IMG/VR virus record: IMGVR_UViG_2814123225_000005
Direction: 5' to 3' (one strand)
Source of the DNA: a virus
Length of the DNA stretch: 64,000 bases
Shown: in pieces, positions 17,966 to 29,184 of the stretch
Layout: each line of letters begins with the position of its first letter
Numbering within the stretch: position 1 is the stretch's first letter
Notes under the pieces: generated by a model
What the model saw: the letters and a program-made list of their open reading frames with translations, nothing else
Database searches by the model: none
Told to the model about the DNA's origin: nothing
Made by a program: the position numbers and the translations under genes

Positions 17966-18082
17966 AATTGAATTATAACACAGGCTCTGAGTGTGGTGCA
18001 AGAGTTTTTCCAAAGCAACGAAGGATACGGAAATGTGCAAATAAAGAGGACTCGCAAGCCCCGTCGCCTGCGGGTCCACCCG

Positions 18083-18887
18083 TCAATCCTCCGTCGGCAA
18101 CCCCGACGCCTTCCGCAGCTCATTCGCACAGTGATGAATCCAGTCGCGCGACTCCGTATTTCCCGCCTCGTCCGCGTCCTTCCAACCCGGTCCCAGAAAC
18201 GAATTAATCACGTTTTGAGCAATATCCGGGTTAAGCGGTCTGCCCGGTCCTGCCGGGTGCAAGCCCGCAGATGCCCGAAGTTCGTCCTCGCAAAGACGAA
18301 TCCAGTCACGGGATTGCGTATTTCCTGCGGCGTGGGCATCGTACCGCCCCTTGACCAGAAACGAATTAATCACGTTCTCGGCAATCCCCGCGTCAACCGG
18401 CCGCCCTGCCCCCTGATGACTAACCGTTCCCATACCGAATGCTTTCAAGATTCCGTTTGCAATAGCCACGGCCAGTTTGTCTCGGAAGTCATCCCGCGCC
18501 AAGTCGGCTGCATCTTCGGCATTATCGATAAACCCAAGTTCCAGTAGACACGCCGGCATCCTTGTTTCCCGCAATACAGCTAGGTTTGCTTGTTTCATGC
18601 CTCGGTCACGTCGGAACAGCGGAGCTACTTCGCTATGGACTGCCGCCCGAATTGTTGTGGAGAGAGACGAATAAATCTGCGCCCCAGCTGTTCGCTTTTC
18701 TGGCCCGGTCAGACAGCCCAACGAAGGTATCATCTGAGCGCGTGAGCAGGACGTCAATCCCGGCGTTAGTTAATATCTTATGCGTTCTTAGACCAACGTC
18801 CAGCACGATGTCCTTCTCCTTCATCCCGTGCCCAACTGCTCCAGAATCCTTCCCTCCGTGACCAAAATCTAAGCATAGTTTACTCAT
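18083..18887 (-). pseudogene. Endolysin, Amidase_3 N-acetylmuramoyl-L-alanine amidase with two C-terminal repeats; internal deletion and frameshift
   Basis: DFGHGGKD..A, EK, SLHNN in one frame; AVHSEV...LAVLRET.MPACLLELGFIDN in another; usual segment after NSGG missing. Confidence 0.9.
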
Positions 18888-19296
18888 TCTTGTTTCCCCC
18901 TTCTGTTTTTCCTTTTAATACGCCCACCGCCTGCTTGATTACGTCAGGCAGCGGTACGCCGAGCCTACCACCATTCTCAATTATCGACAGCAGTTCATTG
19001 GCCACGTAGAAAAACAGCGTAGCATCCCGGATCATGTGCTGATTGCCGAGAATGAGATCGATCTGATGCGCAACGGCCACGATAAAAAAGATAAATACCT
19101 TGCGGGCAATCCCCTTTAGGCCGACCTCGCTTTTGAGACCTCCCTGCGTTCCGGCGGCCATTAAGCCGGTCGCATAATCCACGATAACCATTACGAGTAA
19201 TACTTGTAGTAACATCGGCCAGCCCCCAAACAAAAAAGATGTGAGGCCGCCTACACTTGCAACCCCTGTTTTTAATGCGGTGTCTATACGTTCCAC
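18880..19296 (-). CDS. Phage holin (holin_4_1 family)
   Basis: FLFGGW...VDYATG...GLKGIARK...NELLSIIENGGRLGVPLP. Confidence 0.93.
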   Translation of the reverse strand: MERIDTALKTGVASVGGLTSFLFGGWPMLLQVLLVMVIVDYATGLMAAGTQGGLKSEVGLKGIARKVFIFFIVAVAHQIDLILGNQHMIRDATLFFYVANELLSIIENGGRLGVPLPDVIKQAVGVLKGKTEGGNKNE

Positions 19297-19733
19297 AATC
19301 CATCCTCCTCTATAAATTTCGAAACCACTTCACGCAGATTATAAAAGTCCGGTACATCCTCGATCGTTGCCGTTTCTTGCTTTATCTGCCGGAGCCACGT
19401 ACCGACGACACTGGACTCCTTCGTAAATGCATCCCGCGTATTTCCCGCCAGCGCCCGAGTAATCTCCACGATTGCGAGGTCTTTTTCTAATCGGAGCTCC
19501 TTTAGGCTCGCCGGCCTTGGTTTCTTCGCTTCCGCCTCGAGGTATTTTTTGTACCCTTCCCGCAACTCTTCTTTTGTTGGAATCGGAGCGTCCAGATGCC
19601 ACTCGGCAATCCATTGATTCCCATACCCATCATCCATAACGATAAAATCACGCGATGAATCCGCTTCGGGGAAAAGTCCCGTGATAGCCAAAGCTATGTT
19701 AAATCGTTCTATCTTCCTCACCCCAATCGCCAT
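19284..19733 (-). CDS. XkdW-like tail-associated protein
   Basis: RDFIVMDDG.GNQWIAEWHLDAPIPT; start uncertain. Confidence 0.75.
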   Translation of the reverse strand: MAIGVRKIERFNIALAITGLFPEADSSRDFIVMDDGYGNQWIAEWHLDAPIPTKEELREGYKKYLEAEAKKPRPASLKELRLEKDLAIVEITRALAGNTRDAFTKESSVVGTWLRQIKQETATIEDVPDFYNLREVVSKFIEEDGLWNV

Positions 19734-22051
19734 ATTTTCATTGCGGATATTTTTGAATCTGCCGAGATATACGCGCTCAGGCTAGTGGTATACGCATGTC
19801 CCTCGATGTAGTCGCCGCGCTTGGCTCCGTATATAATACAGGTACCCGTAGCTATCAAAATGTCATTTGCGTAGGTGGTGTAAAATACCTGAGAGTATTC
19901 TGTTCCGTTTTTATATACGGCCATGGATACCCGATGCGGCCCGTTATGTGTATCCTCAAGATTGAACCCGAGTGACAACTGTACGAGGTAAGTACCGTCC
20001 ATACCTACGACAAACCGGTTTGCGGACCGGTTAAACTCGTTCCAGTTATCCGCATACGCTTCGTTGAAATTTACCCTCGTCCATGACTTTGGTCCGAGTC
20101 GCTGCCTTGAGCTCAAAACCGCAGATGCCTGCGAGTTGTTCCGGAGCGTGAACCGGTCCTGCGTATACTCCGTTTTTGCATTGCGTCCGAAAAACACACG
20201 ATCTACACGGAGGTTTAAGCCGTTTCCCTGTAAGGATATATCCGAGCCATATTGTCCGCCGCCTCCGTATATCCCAACGCCTCGGTTCTCGTTAAAAACT
20301 AGGCTCTTTTCGCCGCCTCCCGCAGTGCCGAGGTAAATCCTGTTGCCGACGCGGATGTCCTTGGATGTGGTTAGGTTTACGCCGGACAGCGTGACTCCCG
20401 AGATTACGTTTCCGACAATCCGCTCGGCCACGACTCCAGCACCGGTCATGGCCGTTTGGTACGATGCCCCGCCGTTGGTACTTACGCCGATGCCACCGGA
20501 TGACAGCCGCACACGCTCGTTAGCATTCTTCGGATTGACCATGACGAGGCCACCTGAATCCCAGTACATATTCGAGCCTTGCCGGATTTTTGTCCGGGCA
20601 ACGTCCATGATCCCTTTTAGGGAGTCCGCAGGAATGCTGATCCTCCCGTTAGCTACGTCGTCCTTGACTTTGTTCGCCTTGTCTTGCGCGCCCTGCGGCG
20701 TTTCAGCCCCGATATCTCCCGGCTTGGTCGGACTTGTCGCAACCCAAGTTTTACCGTCATAGCGTCTGAATACGTTCGGCTCTACTGATGTATCCAACCA
20801 AATCGTATCTTTCGCGGGGTTGGCGGGCGGTGTCGGACCCTTGTAAATTTGCTCACCGTCGCCAATAGCTTCCCACTTGCCGGAATTCCGCGAAATGATA
20901 TCGGAAAGCCTCCGTATTAACTCGTTACTCTGAATGTCGAGAGGCTTAAACTCGCCCAATGTCACCTTGTCTTGCGACGGATCGGCGTAGCTGCGGACCA
21001 GCTCGATAACGCGAGCTTCGACGGCCAGATACGGGACAAAGCTCATATCCTTTACGACGATGGTATCCCCGAGCCTTACCTTTGTATGCTCATACCCGGT
21101 CAGGGATTCGAGTAGGACAGCGTCAAGTTCGTAGGTGAGGCGCGGCCGGTTCCGTTTCTTAAGCTCCTCCCACGTATTACGCATAAGAGCAAGTGGATTA
21201 TCTGCGTTGTTATCCTCAAACACACCGATTATGTGGCGGCCATCCGCACGCCCCCACTTTTGCAACGCGTCTGGGTCTGCGATAAAGTCCTGCCCAATCG
21301 GCTTTGCCGGATGTTCGTCGGTTTCGTCCCACTTTTGCGTGGTAAACGTCATCCGAACCCCGTTTTCGTCGGCTTTTCCAATACCGATAAGCGCAGTCAC
21401 CATATCGGAGCTGTCCTCGGTCCGCTTGATCCCGCGCATATTCCGGCCGTAGTCAAAACGGGCGCCCGTCACTCGCCCGCGCTTGGTCAGATCGACGTAC
21501 CGATTGCCAACCGCACCATTCGCAAACTCGACGCGAAATCTAAGCTCGCCCGAAAACTTACGGCCAATATCTTGGATGGCGGCGAGTGCCGTCGGGTAAT
21601 CCTGCCAGTCAAACGTCGCGATTCCTTGCCAGTCGATTTGGCCCGGTAGCCATCCGCTTGCTTGCAGCGCATATGTCAGCGCCTGCCGGGCGGTGATACC
21701 GTTTTGTACAGTCGGGCGAATGATGGTACCGTATAAATCGCCGACTGCTGCGTTTTCGGCCTGCACTCTTTTCGTATGCTGGCCATTGTCTATAGCGTCC
21801 TCTACGGTTTTAATCTGGAATAGGATATAGATGCCGTCAAGGTCCCGTATCAAGACATGATTCTCGGGACGCAAAAACTCCGCCGTCAGATGATCGGCGG
21901 GACATCGGAATGAATAGCTTAGATATCCGGTATCGAGTTGCTCGACGTGTGCATCGTCCCAGTATGGGCACGCCTTCGGGCTTGAATTCGTCAGTACCGC
22001 GACGACGTTTCGGGCAAACCTGTCTAAGATGTATATCACGTCTACAACCAC
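19718..22051 (-). CDS. Tail spike / Tal-like protein with endopeptidase-type N-terminus and C1q-like C-terminal domain
   Basis: Follows Dit; N.RGIKRTED...TALIGIG; TVQLVRSY.DP; C-terminal F.V..DGTYLV. Confidence 0.85.
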   Translation of the reverse strand: MVVDVIYILDRFARNVVAVLTNSSPKACPYWDDAHVEQLDTGYLSYSFRCPADHLTAEFLRPENHVLIRDLDGIYILFQIKTVEDAIDNGQHTKRVQAENAAVGDLYGTIIRPTVQNGITARQALTYALQASGWLPGQIDWQGIATFDWQDYPTALAAIQDIGRKFSGELRFRVEFANGAVGNRYVDLTKRGRVTGARFDYGRNMRGIKRTEDSSDMVTALIGIGKADENGVRMTFTTQKWDETDEHPAKPIGQDFIADPDALQKWGRADGRHIIGVFEDNNADNPLALMRNTWEELKKRNRPRLTYELDAVLLESLTGYEHTKVRLGDTIVVKDMSFVPYLAVEARVIELVRSYADPSQDKVTLGEFKPLDIQSNELIRRLSDIISRNSGKWEAIGDGEQIYKGPTPPANPAKDTIWLDTSVEPNVFRRYDGKTWVATSPTKPGDIGAETPQGAQDKANKVKDDVANGRISIPADSLKGIMDVARTKIRQGSNMYWDSGGLVMVNPKNANERVRLSSGGIGVSTNGGASYQTAMTGAGVVAERIVGNVISGVTLSGVNLTTSKDIRVGNRIYLGTAGGGEKSLVFNENRGVGIYGGGGQYGSDISLQGNGLNLRVDRVFFGRNAKTEYTQDRFTLRNNSQASAVLSSRQRLGPKSWTRVNFNEAYADNWNEFNRSANRFVVGMDGTYLVQLSLGFNLEDTHNGPHRVSMAVYKNGTEYSQVFYTTYANDILIATGTCIIYGAKRGDYIEGHAYTTSLSAYISADSKISAMKIWRLG

Positions 22052-23499
22052 CTTTCACGATGTGTTAATGTTACCTGAGCCGTTGGGTCCGTCGTGGTAT
22101 ATGCAAGATTGTTCTGGCCGTGCTTGAGTGGGAAAAAGTCGCTGGCTGGGTCAAGGAGCCAAAACGCGGGTAGTCCGTTTTTCGTCACGGAGCCCTTTTC
22201 GCAGTCTATCTCGATCACATCATCTTTTTCCGCGATAATTGGCGTTTGCTTCTCGGGATCGACTTTATTTTCTTTGTACACAGTCGCGTAGTGGATAAAC
22301 TGCCCGTATACCGGTTCGTACAGTTGGTACTGGTATGCGGCAAGCTGGAGCGCAGCAAGCTTAAACTTGCTAAACTTACCCTCTACGTCAACCCACGTTT
22401 TTGTCAGCCCCCAGTACGTTTTGCCCGTCTTTAAGTCTTTTTGAGTTACGTACATGGTCCACGTTTGACCAATCCGGGAAAGGCTCAGATACATAGATTT
22501 GTTGGTATAGGCGTGCCAACCCGGCTCATCGTAATACAAGCCGACACCCCCGCCGTTTGGCCCAATCCGACAATGACAAATGCCGTTCATGACCGACTGG
22601 CTATTATCGTTCATAAACATCAAGCCGAAGTTCGCACCGTTTTGATCGATGAGGTTAAATCCGACACGCCCGATCTGGTGGTTTTCCGTCGAATCCTGCT
22701 CCACGATGGCAGTTACCGTAAAATCCTGCAACGGCTCGGGTAGCGCCCTTCGTATTGCCGGTCCGTGCCAAGCCGGAGAGTCCTTCGATCCGTATTCCAC
22801 CGCTTTTAATGCGTAACCACCAAATACGATAAACTTACCGGCGATCCGGTTGTCCCCGTCAAAATCATCCGTGCTATTTCCCGTCTGCCATCCGTCCAAC
22901 GTTGTACCATCCGCATGTAAAACCACTTCCTGCTGCGGTACTGTCGGCTTGCCAATCGTCGGAGCCGTACCGAGAATCACGTTTTGTTTCCCGTTTCCAA
23001 TGGCAAAATACGGAGTCGATTTCGTAAATTTTGCGGTAATAACCGGATACGTATCGGCTAGCCCTGCGTTTGTAACAGCGCTTGATGGTCCGGGAAGTAG
23101 TAGCGTCTTTCTAGCGCCATATGCATATGGGTCCGGGCAGACGAATTTGATTGTACCGGTACCCATCGAGACAAGCGTATCGATCTGTGTATCCCCGGAA
23201 ATCTTGGCGTAATACGTTTTGCCGGGTTCATCGTCAAACATGAGTGGAGCCGCCTTATCCGTACATAACCAATCCGAAATGATGCGGAGCATGGAGACGA
23301 GCAATCCCGGCGATGTTTGTATAATCGTAACGTCTACGCTAAACTCCCGCATTCCGATCTCGCTCCCGAAGTCATACGCTCCAGGCCTGTTTGGGATCGT
23401 GAGCAGCTTCGGGGATATATTCGGGAGCATCGTTCTGCCCACTCGGTTGACAATAAAATACCCCGAGGAATGGTTCCCGTTAAAAGTAAATCCGGACAT
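22042..23499 (-). CDS. Distal tail protein (enlarged Dit with insertion)
   Basis: MSGFTFNG.HS; LMFDDEPGKTYYAK; GTIKFVCPDPYAYG; 485 aa. Confidence 0.88.
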   Translation of the reverse strand: MSGFTFNGNHSSGYFIVNRVGRTMLPNISPKLLTIPNRPGAYDFGSEIGMREFSVDVTIIQTSPGLLVSMLRIISDWLCTDKAAPLMFDDEPGKTYYAKISGDTQIDTLVSMGTGTIKFVCPDPYAYGARKTLLLPGPSSAVTNAGLADTYPVITAKFTKSTPYFAIGNGKQNVILGTAPTIGKPTVPQQEVVLHADGTTLDGWQTGNSTDDFDGDNRIAGKFIVFGGYALKAVEYGSKDSPAWHGPAIRRALPEPLQDFTVTAIVEQDSTENHQIGRVGFNLIDQNGANFGLMFMNDNSQSVMNGICHCRIGPNGGGVGLYYDEPGWHAYTNKSMYLSLSRIGQTWTMYVTQKDLKTGKTYWGLTKTWVDVEGKFSKFKLAALQLAAYQYQLYEPVYGQFIHYATVYKENKVDPEKQTPIIAEKDDVIEIDCEKGSVTKNGLPAFWLLDPASDFFPLKHGQNNLAYTTTDPTAQVTLTHRERWL

Positions 23500-23500
23500 G

Positions 23501-26395
23501 TCAGCGCACCCCCTTACTTCGGTCTTTTTGACGCTTAATTCGGTCTAACTTTTCGGCAACCCGGTAAATGTCCATTTCCTCCCTGACGACGAGCTGACCG
23601 ATTTGTATAGTCGTTTGATCATGCCTTGGCTCGTCTTCTCCTTCGCGGATCGTTGCCGAAGCTTTCCGCGCAAGCGAATCGAAGTTTTTAATAAGCGCAA
23701 AAAGGTTCGCCTGCTGCGCTTCAGTCAAGACCATCTCATTCCGCAGAAGTCGAACGTCTATTTCGTGGGCTTTCGGTGCGTTCCCGAAGGAAAACATTGG
23801 CGAGCCTCCGGCATGGAGTTTCGGGAGCGTTCCGCCTTCGTGACGGCTAACATTACTCGGCTTAAATTGTGTCGGCATAGTTGCCTCTAGGATATTGTCG
23901 TACCGTACAAGTACTTTCTTATGAATTTCCTTTAGTAGCTCGCTGTTTAACGCTTTAGCATCCTCTATGCCGTTTCCGGTAAATTGGATTTTCTTTATCG
24001 CAGTCTCTGACAGGACTTTCGTCATGTTTTGTCCGTAGCTGGTTGCTTCGGATATTTTCGAGTTGACGGTATTTTGTTTGGATATGATCCCCTCAAGCTC
24101 GCTCTTGACGTTTTTGTGCTTTTCGATATCTTTGTCTAGGTTCTCTAGTTGTTTTTGCTGTGAATCGGTTAACTTCCCTTGTTTTTTCTTTATTTCATCG
24201 AGTTGTTTCCGCTCTTCTTGGAGTTTTTTAAGCTTTTCGTCTATTTGCTTTACGCCCTCTTCAGCCTTACCATTTAGTCCGACTTGTGCCAACGTAGCTT
24301 TAACAAGCTCGTCGTATGCCTTTCGGTCTAAATCCAACGCTTCACGTTTAGGACCAACAGCGTCGAGTGATTTCTTCAGCTTTTCGTTTTCTCTGTCGAT
24401 CTGCTTCTCGGCGAGCCCCAGTTCGTCTTTCTTACGTTTTATGAGCTGGTCGTAACTCCGTACGGCGGATTCGTTTCCTTGCTCCCGTAATCTTTGCTGA
24501 GTCTCTTCTAGCGTTTTGATGTCGTATTCGAGCCCTGCCCTCTTGATTAACGCATCATTCAGACTTGTGACAGACTTATTTGCATCGTCAATTGCAGCCT
24601 TGTATTCTTTGGCGTGCTTTTTATAGTTCGTGTCCGCCTTGATTGTTTCTTGGCGGAGAGCGTTCCTGACTGCCTCGTCCAGTTCTTCGGCATATTTTTT
24701 GGCCGACTTGCTCGACTCTAGCATCGCATCTCCGTGTTTGGTAATCGCTACCTCTGCGTTAGACAAGAGCTGGATTAAATCGTCGTTGATCTTAAAAAAT
24801 TTCTCCAACTCTTCCCTTGAAAGTCCGCTCTTCTTCTCTAAGTCTTCCATGCGATCCGTGTAATGCTTAATTTTTTCCGGGTCTGTGTTCATCTGCGCAT
24901 CCCGCATCAAGTCCCGGTAAAGCATAAGCTCAGGATTAGTGAGATTAATAAGGTTACGCATAGAGTCGTATTCGGTAGTTAAATCCCGCACAGTCTTAGC
25001 TTTGTCTTGTAGCTCTTTTGCGTGAGTTAAATCAACTTTTGCCGCCTGTTCCGATGCCGTCTTATAGCCGACAAAAGCAGCCCCAAGTGCAGATACCCCC
25101 GCAATTACCCACCCGATCGGGCCCATGCCCAACACTAAAGCACGGAACGCCCCTGCTAGTTTAGTAACGGCCCCTGCAACCGCGAGAATTCCGACCGCAG
25201 TACCGGCAACCTTTACGAATATCTCAACCTTGTTTGGATCGATTTTTCCGAGGCCCTCTACAAACTTGGTCAGCGCGTCAACGCCCTTACGGATAGACGG
25301 TATAAAGTGGTTACCGAGTTTGATCGCAACCTCGCTCACGCCCGATTTAAAGATTTCTATGGACCCGTAGAGGTTATCGATCATTGTTTTGGACATTTGC
25401 TCCGCGGTTCCGTCGCAGTTCTGTAGATTTTTCGTCATATCCTTGAGTTTTCCGGAACCAGTGTCGAGGAGAATTGCCCAGTGTTTATACGCCTCAGCCC
25501 CGAAGAGTATCGACAGTGCCGCCGATCGTTGCTGTTCCGTCATGCCCTTAGTTCCCTTTTCTATCTCTGCAACGAGTTCCGGCATACTTTTCATCTTGCC
25601 TTGCGCATCAAAAAACTCCATACCCGTCTTTTTCATGAGGCCGGCCATTCGCTTCGTCGGTTTCGCCAAACGAGTAAGTGACGACGCAAACGCCTGACCA
25701 GCAATTGATCCTTTTAGTCCGCTGTTCGCTAGACTCATCGTAGCCGCCGAAGATTCCTCCAATGACCAGCCCAGCGCATGAGCAATCGGGCTCAATTATT
25801 TCATCGCCTCTCCCATTTGCTCTACGTTCGTATTTGCGTTGGCCTGTGCGTAAGCAAATACGTCAGCTGCATGTGTTGCCGTACTCGCATCGAGCCCGAA
25901 CGCCTGCATGGTATCGGACACGATATCCGCAGCACGGCCGAGGTCTAGCGCACCGGCCGCCGCAAGGTCCAGCATTCCGGGCATGGCGGAGATAATATCA
26001 TTCGTCTTCCAGCCGGCAAGGGCGAGATATTCCATCCCTTCCCCAGCTTGTGTTGCCGTAAACTTCGTGACCGCCCCAAGATGCCGCGCAGTTTCGTTCA
26101 GACGTTGAAAGTCATCACCCGTTGCGCCAGATATCGCTTTTACCTTTGACATCTGCTGTTCGAAATCAGCCGCCTGCTTGACGACTGCTACGAATCCGCC
26201 GACCATAGCCGCACCGGCCACAGTCGCGCCCTTGCCCATCTTCTCTATCGATTCCTTCGTTTTCTTCGACTTTTCTTTCGTATCTTTCATTTCTTTTCGC
26301 GCACGTTCCATTTTCTGCGAAAAGTCCTTCATGTCGAGTAGCATTCGAGCCCGAATTTCCCCACCGTTTGCAGCCCCACCGACTGCCATCGCCAT
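23501..26395 (-). pseudogene. Tape measure protein with in-frame TAA at 25796-25798
   Basis: TP901-type core (TKFTATQA.EGMEYLALAG; GEAMK*LSPIA; GLKGS.AG) continuous across the stop. Confidence 0.9.
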
Positions 26396-26422
26396 GCGTT
26401 CAGCTCCTTTCAAAAAAGAGCC

Positions 26423-27150
26423 CTACCGCATGTATTTGTCGGTAAAGGCTCGTAGTTCATCCATTCTTTCGCGGCTAAATCGTTGTTCTTCGTCAGCTTC
26501 ATTGATGCCGGCCGCCTTTTGCATCGCAATAATATATCGTTTGTATTCCTCCTCCGGGAGCTGACGCCCACTTGCAGCAAGTAACATCTGCATCCGCCGT
26601 AGCTCTTCCGCCGCCCGATATTCCCGTGTTTTGGCGAGTATGTCGGGCAGATCGAGGATGTAGTATTCGTCTTCGACGACCTTCTGCGGGACGCCGAGCG
26701 TGACCGCACAATCCCGGAGAAAATCATCGATTGTGTATATCGGATCGCCTCCGCCATCTTCGATTTCCGTGCTTACTCGATCGGCATCGGCAGGAGGCAT
26801 TTCACGTTTTTTACTAGGTCGTCAATATTGTTGTGCTCGTATACATGGACGATGTAGTCTACGATCTCATCAATCCCGGCTTCATTTTCGAGCTCTTCCA
26901 CGTCAATTCCGCTTAGGATTGAGACGGTGAGTAGCAGATCGTCAAGCGCCACCTCAGATGCCTGTAGCGCATAGACGGCGAAATCATCGGGCGGTGCAAA
27001 TGCTACGTTTGCAATCAGTTGCGGTAATACTTGGATACTCTCGACCAATGGCCGCCACTTTGCCGGTGTAATCTTTGCGATTTTTACCTGATGCTTGCCG
27101 AGCTTGACAACGTCAGTCCGCCGCATCGCTTTTTTAATCAATTCGCGCAT
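26423..27150 (-). CDS. Tail assembly chaperone pair joined by programmed -1 frameshift
   Basis: Slippery A-AAA-AAC at 26812-26806; downstream ORF lies in the -1 frame; position between MTP and TMP. Confidence 0.8.
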
Positions 27151-27152
27151 GT

Positions 27153-27410
27153 CTACCTCCGTTCATATTTGAGGTGGTACGTAAGGATTTTATCTAATAT
27201 TTCGCTTTCCTTTTCGGCATCAGATTTCCATTCGTTAAGGATTTCGGAGATTTGATTTTTCAAATGAAATAGCGGGTCTCTTTCCATCTTTCTTTTTGGT
27301 ATTACGTGGCGTGCTTCAGTAACCCAACTCCTAAACTCACTGTGCAAGTCCATTTCAATTAATTCAGGTAAGGTTGGTAAAAACGGTTCAAGTTCCCTCT
27401 CGTGTTCCAT
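27153..27410 (-). CDS. AT-rich inserted gene in tail operon, homologue of 8269-8520
   Basis: ERDPLFHLK..ISEIL shared; sits between tail tube and chaperone genes. Confidence 0.75.
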   Translation of the reverse strand: MEHERELEPFLPTLPELIEMDLHSEFRSWVTEARHVIPKRKMERDPLFHLKNQISEILNEWKSDAEKESEILDKILTYHLKYERR

Positions 27411-27476
27411 TTAATATGCTCCTCCTAACCTCTCATCTTTTTATGAAAGGGAGAGCAAGCGCCCTCCCGTTTTGTT

Positions 27477-28046
27477 TTACTTTCCTGATACTGCTTTGCC
27501 TGCCGCTGCTGGGGTTGCCGTTTCGTCCCCCATGACGTAGAGTTTACCGCCTTTGGAGAGGTATGCGAGACCCTCGAACTCAATCTTTACTATTCGCTCT
27601 TTGTCGCTATCGTAAGTGTATTCTGGGTCTGCGGTTGGTACCGCTCGAAAAATCGTAATCCAGTCGTTAGCCGTAGCGTTTGGATCAATCGGCTTAATCA
27701 CTAGTGGTTTAGCTATGGATGAGAGGCTAAACCCTGTGGATACCGTTACCTCTATCTTTTTCTTGGCGTTTGGACCCTCCCCTGAAGAGACATAGGTTGC
27801 GTTTGGCATTACTTTAGCTAGTCTGTCTAGGTCGTATAGGGCGAAGGGTACTGTTACCTTTGCAGTCCGGCTCTCGATAATCTTGTCCGTCGGTGTTTTC
27901 CCGTACTGGTCAACGGTGACATCCTTAGTTTCCGTATTAGCCGTGAACACGATGCCGCCTTTTGTGATATCAAATATGACTTTGTCATCACCGGTGCCGA
28001 ACTCTACAATTGCAGGACCGAGCGGGAGTTTAAACATTTTTTCCAT
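27477..28046 (-). CDS. Major tail (tube) protein
   Basis: LGPAIVEFG...TKGGI.F...VTVDQYG.TP; position in operon. Confidence 0.85.
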   Translation of the reverse strand: MEKMFKLPLGPAIVEFGTGDDKVIFDITKGGIVFTANTETKDVTVDQYGKTPTDKIIESRTAKVTVPFALYDLDRLAKVMPNATYVSSGEGPNAKKKIEVTVSTGFSLSSIAKPLVIKPIDPNATANDWITIFRAVPTADPEYTYDSDKERIVKIEFEGLAYLSKGGKLYVMGDETATPAAAGKAVSGK

Positions 28047-28058
28047 ATATTTGCCTCC

Positions 28059-28469
28059 TTATGGCCGAATGATTAAGTTAAAATTCATCGAGAAGATTGG
28101 CCGCTGGACCTCGTCAATCCCGATGAAAAAAGGAACGGAGCCGACGGGGTAGATCACGACCACCGATTCGGCTCCTATTCGTTGTTCCTTGCGATTTGCT
28201 ATTGTGTTAAAAATGGCGTAAGCTCTTGCTTCGGTCTCTTCGAAGTCACGCGCAGCCCCGCGGACAAGGACCTGAAATGCTGGGAAACTTACGCCCGTGT
28301 CACGATCTTTCGCACCACCGGCTTGGAGCGTCACTACCGAACAGGCATCAGGCCCAGTAGTCGGAAACATAAACGGAAAGTAGGTGCCGGGCGCTCTCTG
28401 CTCGATCCACGCGATCAGTTCTTGTATCTTCACCGGCCGATCCTCCCCCGAATAGAGTCCGCAACCCAT
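28059..28469 (-). CDS. Tail terminator-like protein
   Basis: FQVLVRG; DE.QRPIFSMNF; likely GTG start (VKIQE). Confidence 0.75.
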   Translation of the reverse strand: MGCGLYSGEDRPVKIQELIAWIEQRAPGTYFPFMFPTTGPDACSVVTLQAGGAKDRDTGVSFPAFQVLVRGAARDFEETEARAYAIFNTIANRKEQRIGAESVVVIYPVGSVPFFIGIDEVQRPIFSMNFNLIIRP

Positions 28470-28855
28470 TTCCAGTATTTCGACTGCTCTCCGTACAAAG
28501 GACGCGACAGGTACTTGTTGCCGACGCTGTATCCGTCTACTCCCGGAGCCGCCTGCGATTGCTCCCCGAGTTTATATGTCATTTCGTGAGTCCAGAGAGC
28601 ATAGTTAAACCGGCCACGCTTCGAGGTTTCCACCGCCGAGAACGATACCTCCCCGACGACACTGTCTTTAGATGCTTTCACTTTCGTATCAACCGTTCGT
28701 CTGAGCGTTCCCTTGTCGATCGGAGCGATGTCGGTACCGATCCGGGCCAGATCATCCACCGAGTCCTGCATCCCGGCCTTTCCAGCTTGCATGACGCTGG
28801 TTACGCTCGCTTGCGTCTTCGCGAGGAAATCACTGATATCAAAGTCGAGGCTCAT
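28430..28855 (-). CDS. HK97 gp10-like neck protein
   Basis: APIDKGTLRR; NYALWTHE; KYLSRPL. Confidence 0.8.
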   Translation of the reverse strand: MSLDFDISDFLAKTQASVTSVMQAGKAGMQDSVDDLARIGTDIAPIDKGTLRRTVDTKVKASKDSVVGEVSFSAVETSKRGRFNYALWTHEMTYKLGEQSQAAPGVDGYSVGNKYLSRPLYGEQSKYWKWVADSIRGRIGR

Positions 28856-29184
28856 AGCAGCACCTCCGTAAGCAGCGCCTTTCCGCCAATGTCCCGCAAC
28901 ACACGGACTTTTTTCGGACGCCCTTCATATTTCTTCCCGAGCTCGTTTACGTACTTGAGATGATCATCCGGCCGGATATCTGCGAGTCTATCGAGAAGAA
29001 ACTTGACGTTAGCGACTTCGGATTTCCCGGTTACTCTCGCTTGCATGTCGTCAGTGACGAACAGCCCCTCGTCAGCCCGGCATTTGTACTCGGTGGATGC
29101 GCCCGGCTTCGGGTTACCCCATTTGTCCAACTCGCCGGAACCGCGTTCGACGTGCAGCGTCTGCCGCATCGGAATTAACGGCAT
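28852..29184 (-). CDS. Head closure / head-tail joining protein
   Basis: GELDKWGNP; position. Confidence 0.7.
   Translation of the reverse strand: MPLIPMRQTLHVERGSGELDKWGNPKPGASTEYKCRADEGLFVTDDMQARVTGKSEVANVKFLLDRLADIRPDDHLKYVNELGKKYEGRPKKVRVLRDIGGKALLTEVLL

Noticed and set aside
17993-18547. Plus-strand ORFs over the endolysin and similar long antisense ORFs (e.g. 54088-54687, 60948-61454, 20343-20762)
   Set aside because: Shadow frames of recognisable minus-strand genes; no SD or protein-like motifs
19710-19712. ATA start for the XkdW-like gene
   Set aside because: Possible (GGGGTG-6-ATA), but an in-frame ATG exists at 19733; left out of the near-cognate count
19718-20200. Diversity-generating retroelement target in the tail spike C-terminus
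   Set aside because: No reverse transcriptase and no near-identical template repeat seen in the window
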